This document shows positions 11,189 through 20,653 of a stretch of 24,479 nt of DNA, piece by piece. The DNA is taken from contig CAZYUF010000004.1 in assembly GCA_964650605.1 (NCBI GenBank), forward strand, positions 1-24,479, read 5' to 3'. Every line of letters starts with the position of its first letter. Position 1 is the first letter of the stretch. Source of the stretch: an uncultured Pseudomonadales bacterium (GTDB taxonomy: Bacteria; Patescibacteriota; Microgenomatia; UBA1400; CG1-02-47-37). Below the pieces are notes generated by a model that worked only from the letters and a program-made list of their open reading frames with translations, had not been told where the DNA came from and did no database searches. A program made the position numbers and the translations under genes.

Positions 11189-12264
11189 AAAATTTAGATA
11201 AATTCAATGTTTACGGCTCTATCCTGGACTTAGCCAAGCAATGCCGGCACGCCTATAAAGAAGCCAATCAGGTGGAAATTAAACCCCGCCCAGTTAAACA
11301 GTTGATTATGTCCGGCATGGGCGGCTCGATTCTGGCAGCCCGGGTAATTGAATCACTTTACGCTCAGGAACTGACAGTCCCTTTAATCAAAGTTAATGAT
11401 TATCATTTACCGGCTTGGGCCGATCAAAACAGTTTACTGGTTTGTTCCAGTTATTCCGGCACCACAGAAGAGACGGTCCAAACTTTAAAAGAGGCCATCC
11501 TTAAAAACTGTCAAATTTTAGTTATCTGCGGCGGGGGAGAGCTGGAAACACTAGCCAAACAACATCGCTTGCCGCTGTATAAAATCAACCCGGTTTATAA
11601 TCCCTGTAATCAGCCCCGCATGGCCATCGGTTACTCTTTGATTGGCCAGCTGGTTATGGTCGCCAAAGCCGGCTTATTAAAATTAGCGCAAAAAGAGATT
11701 GACCAGCTTGAGCCGGTCCTGCAGACGGTCATCAAAACTAATCAGCGTGATTTGCCTTTAGCGGTTAATCCGGCCAAAAAGTTAGCCCAAGCCCTGCACA
11801 CTAAACAAATAGTGATGGTGGCAGCCGAACACCTGACCGGCGCTTTCCATGTGGTGAAAAATCAGCTGAATGAGAATGCCAAACAGTTATCCCACCGCCA
11901 CGATTTGCCTGAACTAAACCACCATCTGCTCGAGGGTTTGCGTTTTCCTGAATCTAATCAAAAAGATGTGGCTTTCTGGCTGGTTAACTCTAAGCTCTAT
12001 TCTCCCCGTCTGCAAACTCGTGTCCGCTTGACTATCGATGTGGTTCAAAAAAATAAAATCAAGGCTTTTACCTTTACCCCCTCTGCTGACACTAAACTGG
12101 CCCAGGTTCTGGAACTGATTCAATTCGGCAGTTTTGTTAACTATTATTTAACCGTCCTTAACCGCCTGGATCCCGCCCCTATCCCCTGGGTCGCCTACTT
12201 CAAGAAGAGCCTACAAGGAACATCCTTGCAGGCTAATTCTCCAAATCAATTGTTAAATCTTTAA
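11185..12264 (+). CDS. Bifunctional phosphoglucose/phosphomannose isomerase (SIS-domain PGI/PMI) with hairpin-derived C-terminal extension
   Basis: SGMGGS, SYSGTTEET, QPR, NENAK and PELNHH. The expected end (DPAPIPWVAYFKK) continues through the hairpin as SLQGTSLQA and into the antisense tail of the transposase. Confidence 0.9.
   Translation: MKNLDKFNVYGSILDLAKQCRHAYKEANQVEIKPRPVKQLIMSGMGGSILAARVIESLYAQELTVPLIKVNDYHLPAWADQNSLLVCSSYSGTTEETVQTLKEAILKNCQILVICGGGELETLAKQHRLPLYKINPVYNPCNQPRMAIGYSLIGQLVMVAKAGLLKLAQKEIDQLEPVLQTVIKTNQRDLPLAVNPAKKLAQALHTKQIVMVAAEHLTGAFHVVKNQLNENAKQLSHRHDLPELNHHLLEGLRFPESNQKDVAFWLVNSKLYSPRLQTRVRLTIDVVQKNKIKAFTFTPSADTKLAQVLELIQFGSFVNYYLTVLNRLDPAPIPWVAYFKKSLQGTSLQANSPNQLLNL
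12210..12232. repeat. 23-bp REP-like hairpin, variant B (CCTACAAGGA-ACA-TCCTTGCAGG)
   Basis: Read directly; abuts the stop codon (12233-12235) of the minus-strand transposase remnant. Confidence 0.95.
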
Positions 12265-12404
12265 TAGTCACCACATCTCTTTCTTCTTGTTCTTCAACAA
12301 AATCCTGATAAGATTGTTTTTTAAAATAACTAAGAACTTCGCTTGTCTCCAGCCAAGATTGCGAAAACCTTCCCAGATAATTGGAATAACTAGAATATTT
12401 ATAG

Positions 12405-12427
12405 CCTTCAAGGAACATCCTTGCACT
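12405..12427. repeat. Hairpin variant B inside transposase copy 1 (CCTTCAAGGA-ACA-TCCTTGCACT)
   Basis: Read directly; translated on the minus strand as SARMFLEG. Confidence 0.9.
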
Positions 12428-12699
12428 TGCAGTCAGTGGATTCCTATGAATATATTTACTGATATAGATTAGCTGAGTTTCAGTTTTAATCTCGACAGCT
12501 TTAAAAATATTTTCGTATAATGGGCCGACTCGGTTATATTTTTTATTAAAATACAGCGAATACTTTGTTGCCAACGAACGCATAAAATGATTAATGCCGT
12601 CAATATCCACCTGATAAAGCAAAAAGTGATAGTGATTAGGCATTAAACAATAGGAATGAAGTCTCACTTTTCCAAAGTAATTTTTTAACCGTGAGGGTG

Positions 12700-12722
12700 C
12701 CTGCAAGGAACATCCTTGCAGA
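12700..12722. repeat. Hairpin variant B at the truncated 5' end of transposase copy 1 (CCTGCAAGGA-ACA-TCCTTGCAGA)
   Basis: Read directly; minus-strand frame reads LQGCSLQA. Confidence 0.92.
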
Positions 12723-12765
12723 TTTGCAGATATTCAAAAAGGTGCTAGCCTAAACTAAAAAAAAC

Positions 12766-12774
12766 TGCTATTCT
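12766..12774 (+). promoter_or_regulatory. Extended -10 box for ppsA (leaderless-type)
   Basis: TG-C-TATTCT 6 nt before ATG 12781; no SD. Confidence 0.45.
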
Positions 12775-12780
12775 TAATCA

Positions 12781-15075
12781 ATGCCCGATTCACTGCCCAT
12801 GATTGTTGATTTTAAACAAGTCGGTAAAACAGATATTGGCTTGGTCGGCGGCAAAGGCGCCAATCTTGGCGAAATGGTCCGGGCCGGTTTTCCGGTCCCT
12901 CCGGGATTTATCGTTACCTCTGCCGCTTACTTTCAAGTTCTTCAAATTAATAATTTAAAGCCAAAAATTAAATCCTTTCTCGATGACTTAGACATTCATG
13001 ACATTCATTCTCTCAATCAAGTTTCTCAACAGATTAAATCTTTAATCTCCCGTGCTAAAATTCCCGATCAGCTGGCCCTGGATATTATTAAACGCTATTT
13101 GAAGCTGGGCTCCGGACATAATCAAACTTTAGTGGCCGTCCGGTCTTCGGCCACAGCTGAAGATCTGCCCGATGCCTCTTTTGCCGGCCAGCAGGAAACC
13201 TATCTGAATGTCCAAGGCGAGGCGAACTTAATTCAAAACATCCGCGCCTGCTGGGCCTCGCTTTTTGAACCCCGCGCGATTTTCTACCGCCAGGAAAAAC
13301 ATTTTGACCACTTTAAGGTCGGTATTGCCGTTCCGGTCCAACAAATGATTCAAAGCCGCATTTCCGGCATTATGTTTACCGTTAATCCTGTCACTAACAA
13401 TAAAAATCAACTGGTGATTGAGGCAATCTGGGGCTTAGGTGAAAAAATTGTTCAGGGTGCCTATACCCCCGATCACTATTTAATTCAAAAACTCTCCTGG
13501 AAAATCCTCCAGAAACAAACTAATCCGCAAACTAAACAACTGACTTTGTCTCAAGATAAAAACCGCGAATTAAAACTGCCTAAAAACAAACAACGTCAAA
13601 CCAAGTTAACCGATGAGCAAATTATTTACTTAGCCAAACTGGGCCATCAGATCCAGCAGCACTATTTTTTTCCCCAGGATATCGAATGGGCTTTAACTGA
13701 CAACAAATTTTATCTAGTTCAATCCCGGCCGATTACTACCCTCAATCTTCAGGAAACTAAAATTGCCCCAGTCTCTACCAATAAATTAACCCTGCTTTTA
13801 AAGGGCGAACCCGCCAGTCCGGGGATAATCACCGGTTATAGCAGAATCTTAAAATCATCCCAAGAAATCAACCAGTTGCTACCGGGGGAAATCTTGGTTA
13901 CCGATATGACCACGCCTGACTTTGTTCCGGCCATGAAAAAAGCCGCCGCCATTGTCACCAATAAGGGCGGCCAAACTTCTCACGCCGCCATTGTTTCCCG
14001 GGAAATGGGCATTCCTTGCATTGTCGGCACAGCTACCGCCACTAAGGTCTTAAAAACCCGTACCGTGGTTACTGTCAATGGTCAGACCGGTGAAGTTTTC
14101 CTTGGCGGCGCTATTGCTAAACCTAAAAAAATCTCACTCGAAAAAATTACCAAGATTCCTGCCAAAGATTTAAAACCGGATACCCAAACTACCGCTACCA
14201 AACTCTATGTTAATTTAGGAGAACCGGATCTGGCGGAAAGCATTGGTCAAAAGAACGTTGATGGTTTAGGTTTGCTCCGGGCTGAATTTATGATTGCTCA
14301 AATCGGCACTCATCCCAAAAAACTGATCGCTGACCATAAAGAAGCTCAATTTATCGCCGGCTTAACTGCTGGTTTAGCTAAATTTGCCAAGGCTTTTTAC
14401 CCCCGGCCGGTAGTTTACCGGGCTACTGACTTTAAAACCAACGAATACTCCAATCTGATCGGCGGCAAGGCTTATGAACCCCAGGAACCAAATCCTATGC
14501 TTGGCTATCGGGGCGCCTTCCGCTATTTAACCGATGAAAAAGTCTTTGCCTTAGAACTCTATGCCTTAAAAAATGTCCGGGAAAAACTTGGGTATAAAAA
14601 CCTCTGGCTGATGATTCCCTTTGTCAGGACCGTTAAAGAGTTACAATCTGTGAAAAAAATTGTTTCCAGTTACGGTTTGGTCCGCTCGGCCTCTTTTAAA
14701 CTCTGGATGATGGTGGAAATTCCCGCCAATGTCCTGCTTTTGGAAGAGTTTATTAAAGTCGGCATCGATGGTGTTTCTATCGGCTCCAATGATTTAACCA
14801 TGTTGACACTGGGGGTTGACCGGGATAACAGCGAAGTTGCCTCTGCCTATGACGAACTTAATCCGGCGGTTTTATCTCTAATCGAAACCACCGTCAAAAC
14901 CTGCCGCAAAAATAAAATTACCTGCTCCATTTGCGGTCAAGCTCCTTCCCTCTATCCTGACCTGACCGAAAAACTCGTCCGCTGGGGGATTACCAGTGTT
15001 TCTGTCACTCCGGACATGATCGACCAGACACGCAACATTATTTATCAGGCTGAAAAGCGTTTAATCAATGGCTAA
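12781..15075 (+). CDS. ppsA: Phosphoenolpyruvate synthase (pyruvate, water dikinase)
   Basis: GGKGANLGEM, VAVRSSATAEDLPDASFAGQQETYLN, GGQTSHAAIVSRE (phospho-His) and SIGSNDLT. Confidence 0.96.
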   Translation: MPDSLPMIVDFKQVGKTDIGLVGGKGANLGEMVRAGFPVPPGFIVTSAAYFQVLQINNLKPKIKSFLDDLDIHDIHSLNQVSQQIKSLISRAKIPDQLALDIIKRYLKLGSGHNQTLVAVRSSATAEDLPDASFAGQQETYLNVQGEANLIQNIRACWASLFEPRAIFYRQEKHFDHFKVGIAVPVQQMIQSRISGIMFTVNPVTNNKNQLVIEAIWGLGEKIVQGAYTPDHYLIQKLSWKILQKQTNPQTKQLTLSQDKNRELKLPKNKQRQTKLTDEQIIYLAKLGHQIQQHYFFPQDIEWALTDNKFYLVQSRPITTLNLQETKIAPVSTNKLTLLLKGEPASPGIITGYSRILKSSQEINQLLPGEILVTDMTTPDFVPAMKKAAAIVTNKGGQTSHAAIVSREMGIPCIVGTATATKVLKTRTVVTVNGQTGEVFLGGAIAKPKKISLEKITKIPAKDLKPDTQTTATKLYVNLGEPDLAESIGQKNVDGLGLLRAEFMIAQIGTHPKKLIADHKEAQFIAGLTAGLAKFAKAFYPRPVVYRATDFKTNEYSNLIGGKAYEPQEPNPMLGYRGAFRYLTDEKVFALELYALKNVREKLGYKNLWLMIPFVRTVKELQSVKKIVSSYGLVRSASFKLWMMVEIPANVLLLEEFIKVGIDGVSIGSNDLTMLTLGVDRDNSEVASAYDELNPAVLSLIETTVKTCRKNKITCSICGQAPSLYPDLTEKLVRWGITSVSVTPDMIDQTRNIIYQAEKRLING

Positions 15076-16324
15076 GATTGTTAAAATTTTCGCCCGGGAA
15101 ATTTTAGACTCCCGCGCTAATCCGACGATCGAAACCACGGTCTTTTTAGACTCCGGCCATCAGGGCAAATACAGTGTCCCTTCCGGCGCTTCTTCCAGCA
15201 AATACGAAGCCTTTGAATTAAGGGACAATGATCCCGACCGCTTTGCCGGCATGGGAGTTTTAAAAGCCGTTAATCATGTTAATCAAATCATTGCCCCCAA
15301 AGTGATCGGCCTTGACCCCTCCTCTCAAACCAAGCTTGACCAACTATTAATTGATCTTGACGCCACCCCCAACAAAAGTAATTTAGGGGCTAATGCCCTT
15401 CTCTCGGTTTCTATTGCCGGTCTTAAAGCCAGTGCCGCCTATTATTGCTTACCGGTTTATCAATATATTGCTAAAAAGTATGGCTTAACTAAAATTATAA
15501 AAAAACTGCCCAGCCCAACCTTCAATATCATCAATGGCGGGGCCCATGGTGCCGGCAACTTAGATTTTCAGGAGTTTCATGTCATTCCTACTGCCAGATT
15601 TTCTTACCAGAAAGCCCTGCAAATGGGGATTGAAATTTATCATAGTCTTAAAAAAACCCTTAAGCTGCGGGGAGCGATCCACTCGGTTGGTGATGAAGGC
15701 GGTTTTGCCCCTAACTTATTTACCAACCTGGACGCCTTGGAAGTCATCCTTGAATCGATTAAGCAAACTCAGTATAAACTAACTCAGGATGTTTTTTTAG
15801 GCCTGGATGTTTCGGCGGGATTTTTCTTCAAACACAATCAATATCAGATTAAAGATCGGGCCCAGCCTTTTTCCCGGGATGAATTCATCGCTTACTATCA
15901 ACAGCTCAATCATGAATATCATCTTTTTTCCCTGGAAGACGGTTTAGATCAGGATGACTGGGAAGGCTGGTCTAAGCTGACCGACGAGCTCGGCCAAACT
16001 ACTTTAATTGTTGGCGATGACCTGCTTTCCACCAATAAAGAACGGGTGAAAAAAGCCATCGCCCTCAAAGCCTGCAATGCCGCTTTAATTAAACCCAATC
16101 AAATCGGCACGGTTTCCGAAACCATTGAAGTGATTAAATACTGTCAGGAAAATAATTTAAAAATCATTGTCTCCCACCGTTCCGGGGAAACCAACGATAC
16201 CTTTATTGCCGATTTAGCCGTGGGGGTCGGGGCCGATTACACTAAGTTTGGCGCCCCGGCACGGGGAGAAAGAATCGTCAAATACAACCGGTTGTTAGAA
16301 ATAGAAACCGAGCTTAAACTATAG
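15068..16324 (+). CDS. eno: Enolase
   Basis: AREILDSRANPT, VPSGAS, VGDEGGFAP, VSHRSGET and RGERIVKYNRLL. Confidence 0.98.
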   Translation: MAKIVKIFAREILDSRANPTIETTVFLDSGHQGKYSVPSGASSSKYEAFELRDNDPDRFAGMGVLKAVNHVNQIIAPKVIGLDPSSQTKLDQLLIDLDATPNKSNLGANALLSVSIAGLKASAAYYCLPVYQYIAKKYGLTKIIKKLPSPTFNIINGGAHGAGNLDFQEFHVIPTARFSYQKALQMGIEIYHSLKKTLKLRGAIHSVGDEGGFAPNLFTNLDALEVILESIKQTQYKLTQDVFLGLDVSAGFFFKHNQYQIKDRAQPFSRDEFIAYYQQLNHEYHLFSLEDGLDQDDWEGWSKLTDELGQTTLIVGDDLLSTNKERVKKAIALKACNAALIKPNQIGTVSETIEVIKYCQENNLKIIVSHRSGETNDTFIADLAVGVGADYTKFGAPARGERIVKYNRLLEIETELKL

Positions 16325-16325
16325 T

Positions 16326-17951
16326 ATGGATAAATCTCCGCTGGTTTTGATTATTTTGGACGGTTGGGGAATTTCTGCTCCCGGCCCGGGCAATGCCATT
16401 ACCAAAGCTCACCTGCCTTATTTTCACCAACTTCAGTCTGCCTACCTCTCAACTGAATTAGTTGCTTCCGGTCAGGCGGTCGGTCTCCCCGCCGGAGAAG
16501 ACGGCAACACCGAAGTCGGCCATATTAACATCGGCGCCGGCCAGATTGTCTTCCAGGACTTGCCCCGGATTAATACCGCTATTGCCGACGGCTCCTTCTT
16601 TCTCAATCCCAATCTCCTTAAAGCAATCGAGCATGTTCAAACTAACCATTCTACTTTGCATTTGATGGGCTTGATCGGTTCCGGCGGCGTTCATGCCAAT
16701 AACGAACACCTTTTCGCTTTGATCAAATTTGCCAAATTAAACAATATTCAAAAGCTTAGCCTGCACTTATTTACTGACGGCCGCGATTCCCCTCCCACCA
16801 CTTCCCAAACTTATTTAGCCGAAGTCCAGCAACACTTAACCGACAACAAACTGGGCGTCATTGCTTCGATTATGGGCCGCTACTACGCCTTGGACCGTGA
16901 CTTCCGCTGGGAAAGAACTCAAAGAGCTTATGAATGTCTCACTCAAGGCACTGGCTTAAAAGCTACCTCAGCCATCCAGGCAGTGCAAAACTCTTACCTT
17001 CAGCAAAAAACCGACGAGTTTATCGAACCCACTGTCATAACCGACACCAGCGGCACGCCTTTATCCTTAATTCAGGATAATGACGCCGTGATTTTCTATA
17101 ACTTCCGGGTTGACCGTCCCCGCCAACTGACCAAAGCTTTTGTTCTGTCTGATTTTGCCGCCCAGGCCAACCAACTGGCTTTCGACCCTTTAGCCGACCG
17201 TTATCTCCATAGCCATCTGCCTGCCAAAGCTTCTGTCAATCCTCCCTTCTCCCGTCAAATATTCCTGAAGCGTCTTTTCTTTTTAACCATGACCGAATAC
17301 CAGGCCAACTTGCCGATACCGGCGATTATTTCGCCCCAGCATATCGAAATGCCTTTAAGCCGGGTCCTCAGTGAAGCCAATATCCGACAGTTAAAAATCT
17401 CGGAAACCGAAAAAGAGCGCTTCGTCACTTACTATTTTAACGGCCAGCGGGAACAGCCTTTTGACGCCGAAGATTGGCTGATCATTCCCTCTCCAAAAGT
17501 CGCCACCTACGATCTACAGCCGGAAATGTCTACTCCTCAATTAACCACTGCCTTAATCAATAAGCTAAAAACCGGATTTTATCAGTTTATTGCCATTAAT
17601 ATCGCCTGTCCGGACATGGTCGCCCACACCGGCAACTTAGCCGCTACCATCAGGGCCTGCGAAGCTGTTGACGCTTTTCTGTCCCAAACAATCCCGGTTA
17701 TTTCAGCTCTCAATGGCTCGGCAATTATTACTGCCGACCACGGCAATGCTGAAGAGTTAATCAATTTGCAGACCGGCCAAATCGATACGGAACATTCCGC
17801 CAACCCGGTCCCTTGTATTATTGTTAGCTCTCAATTTCAGGGCCAAACCAGAAAATTAAACCAGGGAATTTTAGCCGACGTTGCTCCGACTATTTTAAAA
17901 CTATTAAACCTGCCTAAGCCTGAGCAAATGACCGGCACCAGTTTAATTTAA
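16326..17951 (+). CDS. gpmI: 2,3-bisphosphoglycerate-independent phosphoglycerate mutase
   Basis: LIILDGWG, GNTEVGH, DGRD, NFRVDR, ETEK, PDMVAHTG and TADHGNAE. Confidence 0.97.
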   Translation: MDKSPLVLIILDGWGISAPGPGNAITKAHLPYFHQLQSAYLSTELVASGQAVGLPAGEDGNTEVGHINIGAGQIVFQDLPRINTAIADGSFFLNPNLLKAIEHVQTNHSTLHLMGLIGSGGVHANNEHLFALIKFAKLNNIQKLSLHLFTDGRDSPPTTSQTYLAEVQQHLTDNKLGVIASIMGRYYALDRDFRWERTQRAYECLTQGTGLKATSAIQAVQNSYLQQKTDEFIEPTVITDTSGTPLSLIQDNDAVIFYNFRVDRPRQLTKAFVLSDFAAQANQLAFDPLADRYLHSHLPAKASVNPPFSRQIFLKRLFFLTMTEYQANLPIPAIISPQHIEMPLSRVLSEANIRQLKISETEKERFVTYYFNGQREQPFDAEDWLIIPSPKVATYDLQPEMSTPQLTTALINKLKTGFYQFIAINIACPDMVAHTGNLAATIRACEAVDAFLSQTIPVISALNGSAIITADHGNAEELINLQTGQIDTEHSANPVPCIIVSSQFQGQTRKLNQGILADVAPTILKLLNLPKPEQMTGTSLI

Positions 17952-17955
17952 ATTT

Positions 17956-19947
17956 ATGGAATTAGCCAGCCTGTTTTCCCCCCGCTCCATTGCTCTAATC
18001 GGCGCCTCGGCCAATAAAGCCAAACTCGGCTGGCAAATTCTAAATAAACTACGGCAAAGCCATTTGCCGATTTTTCCCATTAATCCCCATGAATCCCAAA
18101 TCGCAAACACCCGCGCTTATCCTTCGATTCTGGACGTGCCTGATCCGGTTGATCTGGCCATCGTGGTTGTGCCCGCCCCGATCGTTAATGTGGTCGTAGA
18201 GCAAGCCGCCGAGAAAAAAGTTAAGTCGATCGTGGTAATTTCCGCTGGTTTTTCTGAAACCGGTCCCCAAGGAAAAAAACTGGAGATCGTTTTAAAAAAA
18301 CTCTGCCGAAAACAGCAAATTAATCTCCTTGGTCCCAATGTTTTGGGTTTTGCCAACCCGGCCAAGAAGTTAGATATTACTTTTGCCAAAACCGCTCCTA
18401 TGCCTGGCAACATCGGCTTAATCTCTCAATCAGGCGCCATCGGTGCCTACCTTTTTGACTGGGCTAAATCAGAGAATCTGGGGTTTTCTAAATTTGTTTC
18501 CTTAGGCAACCGCGCCGGTTTAACCGAAACTGACTTCTTAACTTTCCTGTCCGCCGACCCGGACACCAAAGTAATTGGTCTTTATCTGGAATCATTTGCC
18601 GACGGCCAGAAATTTTTATCCGTGACCAGCCAGGTGGCTCGAAAAAAACCAATCGTAGTTATTTTTGGCGGCCAAACTCAAGCCGGCAAACAAGCCGCCC
18701 TCAGCCACACGGCCGCCTTAAGCCCGGAAACAGCCGTGATTAAAACCGCTTTGGCTCAAGCCGGCTGTATTCAAGCCGATAATTTAGAGGCTTTCACCGG
18801 CTTATTGGAAATTTTTTCTCTGGAACCACCCTTAGTTGACAATGACCTCGTGATTGTCACTAATGCCGGCGGTCCGGGAATCTTAGCCGCTGACAAGGCC
18901 GACGCGGTCCGCTTAAAAGTGGAGCGGCCAACTGATGTTCGGGGCGACGCTTTGGCAGAACAGTTCAACACGGCTTTCCGGCAAGTGATTAAAGATAAGA
19001 TTAAAGACGCTTTCTTAATTATTCTTACTCCGCAAACTATGACTCAGTTGGAACTAACCTGTCAGGCAGTAGTAAAACAATTTAAACACATTAAAAAACC
19101 AATAGTCGTTTCCTTGTTAGGCGGAGAAATCACCGCTAAGGCTAAGGAGATTTTAAGAAAAAACCGGATTGCCACTATCGACTTTCCCCAAAAAGCCGTT
19201 GACTATCTAAGTATTCTTTTCCAATATTGGCACAACCGCACTCAGCAAATTACTTATCCTGTGAGGCGAAGCTCACTTATTAAAGTTTCTTGCCCCCGTC
19301 TTCAGCCTGGACAACAAACTTGGCAGCAAATTAAAATCTTAGCCAAAGCTTACCATTTGCCTTTGGTTGCAACTAAAATTGTCAAGGAAAACTCTCTACT
19401 TCAATTAATTAAAGAGTTCGGCTTTCCTTTAGTTTTAAAAGCCGACCCAACCGAAGCTTTGCACCGGACTGAAAAAAAAGCTTTGTTTCTTAATTTAAAC
19501 TCCGCCAAGACCGTTCAAAAATACTTTAATCAATTAAAGTCCCGCTTTACCACCATTCTGATCCAGCCGCAAATCCGTTCCGGCCATGAACTATTCATTG
19601 GTGTCAAGCGCCCCCCTAGCTTCCCCCCCTTATTAACCATTGGCTCAGGCGGAATTTACACCGAAATTTATCAGGATGTGGGCCACACTTTTTTACCTGT
19701 CAACAAAACCTCCGCCTTAAAACTGTTAGCTCAAACTAAACTCGGACAGATCTTGCAGGGCGCCCGGGGCCTGCCGCCGACCAATCTCCGCCCGGTAATC
19801 GATTTAATTTTAAATGTCTCCCAATTAGCGCTTAACTTCCCCCAAATCGAAGAAATAAATATCAACCCGGCCATTATCAATCAAAATAAAGTAGACATCG
19901 TCGATATCAAAATCTCAGCCTACGAGGAGACTCCTCGCAGGCTCTAA
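17956..19947 (+). CDS. Acetate-CoA ligase (ADP-forming), fused alpha/beta (ACD family)
   Basis: CoA-binding N-domain (IALIGAS, AYPSILDVPDPVDLA, GPNVLG), SQSGA, ALSHT phospho-His, TNAGGPG and a C-terminal ATP-grasp (PLVLKA, ININP). No GNAT domain. Last 9 codons are hairpin-derived. Confidence 0.9.
   Translation: MELASLFSPRSIALIGASANKAKLGWQILNKLRQSHLPIFPINPHESQIANTRAYPSILDVPDPVDLAIVVVPAPIVNVVVEQAAEKKVKSIVVISAGFSETGPQGKKLEIVLKKLCRKQQINLLGPNVLGFANPAKKLDITFAKTAPMPGNIGLISQSGAIGAYLFDWAKSENLGFSKFVSLGNRAGLTETDFLTFLSADPDTKVIGLYLESFADGQKFLSVTSQVARKKPIVVIFGGQTQAGKQAALSHTAALSPETAVIKTALAQAGCIQADNLEAFTGLLEIFSLEPPLVDNDLVIVTNAGGPGILAADKADAVRLKVERPTDVRGDALAEQFNTAFRQVIKDKIKDAFLIILTPQTMTQLELTCQAVVKQFKHIKKPIVVSLLGGEITAKAKEILRKNRIATIDFPQKAVDYLSILFQYWHNRTQQITYPVRRSSLIKVSCPRLQPGQQTWQQIKILAKAYHLPLVATKIVKENSLLQLIKEFGFPLVLKADPTEALHRTEKKALFLNLNSAKTVQKYFNQLKSRFTTILIQPQIRSGHELFIGVKRPPSFPPLLTIGSGGIYTEIYQDVGHTFLPVNKTSALKLLAQTKLGQILQGARGLPPTNLRPVIDLILNVSQLALNFPQIEEININPAIINQNKVDIVDIKISAYEETPRRL
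19919..19941. repeat. 23-bp REP-like hairpin, variant A (CCTACGAGGA-GAC-TCCTCGCAGG)
   Basis: Read directly; identical to 1215..1237 including the preceding TCAG. Confidence 0.95.
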
Positions 19948-20600
19948 AACATCAATACTATCTCGCCTTTAATTTTCCTGTCTCGCATTTTTTCTAAAAG
20001 CTCTTCCGGTCTGCCCCGCACTACTTCTTCAAACTTTTTTGTCAGCTCCCGGCAGATAACCACTTGCTTTTCCGGCATTAATTTTTGCAGCAGTTCTAAA
20101 GTTTTAATTATTCTATAGGGGGATTCATAAGCAATCACTGTATATTTAGCCTCTTTTAGCAATTTTTCTTTTTTCCCCGCTTTCTTGGGCAAAAATCCTA
20201 AAAATGTAAACTTGTCAGTTGGCAAGCCGGAAACTACCAAAGCCGCCAGCAATGCCGACGCCCCGGGAATCGGAACAACCTGAATATTTTCTTTTACGCA
20301 TTCCCGCACTAATTTAAAACCCGGGTCGGAAATCAGCGGCGTGCCGGCGTTAGTGACCAAACCGACACTTTTGCCTGCTTTCAACCAAACAATTACCTCG
20401 GGAATTTTTTGCTCTTCCACCGGTTCATAAAAACTGACCAGTATCGGCAAAGGTTTTATCTGATAAAAATCCAACAACTGCTTGGTTTTACGCGTATCCT
20501 CGCACAAAAGATAGTCCAGTTTAGTGAAAATCTCCAAAGCCCGCAAGGTAATATCCTGGCGGTTGCCGATCGGCGTTGACACTATATAAATTTCAGCCAT
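19944..20600 (-). CDS. rsmI: 16S rRNA (cytidine1402-2'-O)-methyltransferase
   Basis: IVSTPIGNRQDITLRAL, CEDTR, AGTPLISDPG, YESPYR and RELTKKFEE. Confidence 0.96.
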   Translation of the reverse strand: MAEIYIVSTPIGNRQDITLRALEIFTKLDYLLCEDTRKTKQLLDFYQIKPLPILVSFYEPVEEQKIPEVIVWLKAGKSVGLVTNAGTPLISDPGFKLVRECVKENIQVVPIPGASALLAALVVSGLPTDKFTFLGFLPKKAGKKEKLLKEAKYTVIAYESPYRIIKTLELLQKLMPEKQVVICRELTKKFEEVVRGRPEELLEKMRDRKIKGEIVLMF

Positions 20601-20609
20601 ATGACTAAA

Positions 20610-20618
20610 ATTATATCA
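20610..20618 (-). promoter_or_regulatory. Extended -10 box for rsmI
   Basis: Minus-strand TG-A-TATAAT, 9 nt before ATG 20600, directly beside the hairpin remnant at 20621. Confidence 0.55.
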
Positions 20619-20630
20619 TGCCTACGAGTG

Positions 20631-20653
20631 CCTGCGAGGAGTCTCCTCGCAGG
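20631..20653. repeat. Hairpin variant A (CCTGCGAGGA-GTC-TCCTCGCAGG)
   Basis: Perfect palindrome around a central T; abuts the stop codon (20654-20656) of transposase copy 2. Confidence 0.95.

Larger units (their letters stand above)
12233..12733 (-). pseudogene. rayT: 5'-truncated REP-associated tyrosine transposase (RAYT-like, Y1/HUH), copy 1
   Basis: YCLMPNHYHFL (HUH), YIHRNP and YKYSSY motifs, collinear with copy 2. An in-frame TGA at 12734-12736 and only 44 bp to the ppsA start leave no room for the ~50-aa N-terminus (YHIYNRG) seen in copy 2. Confidence 0.85.
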
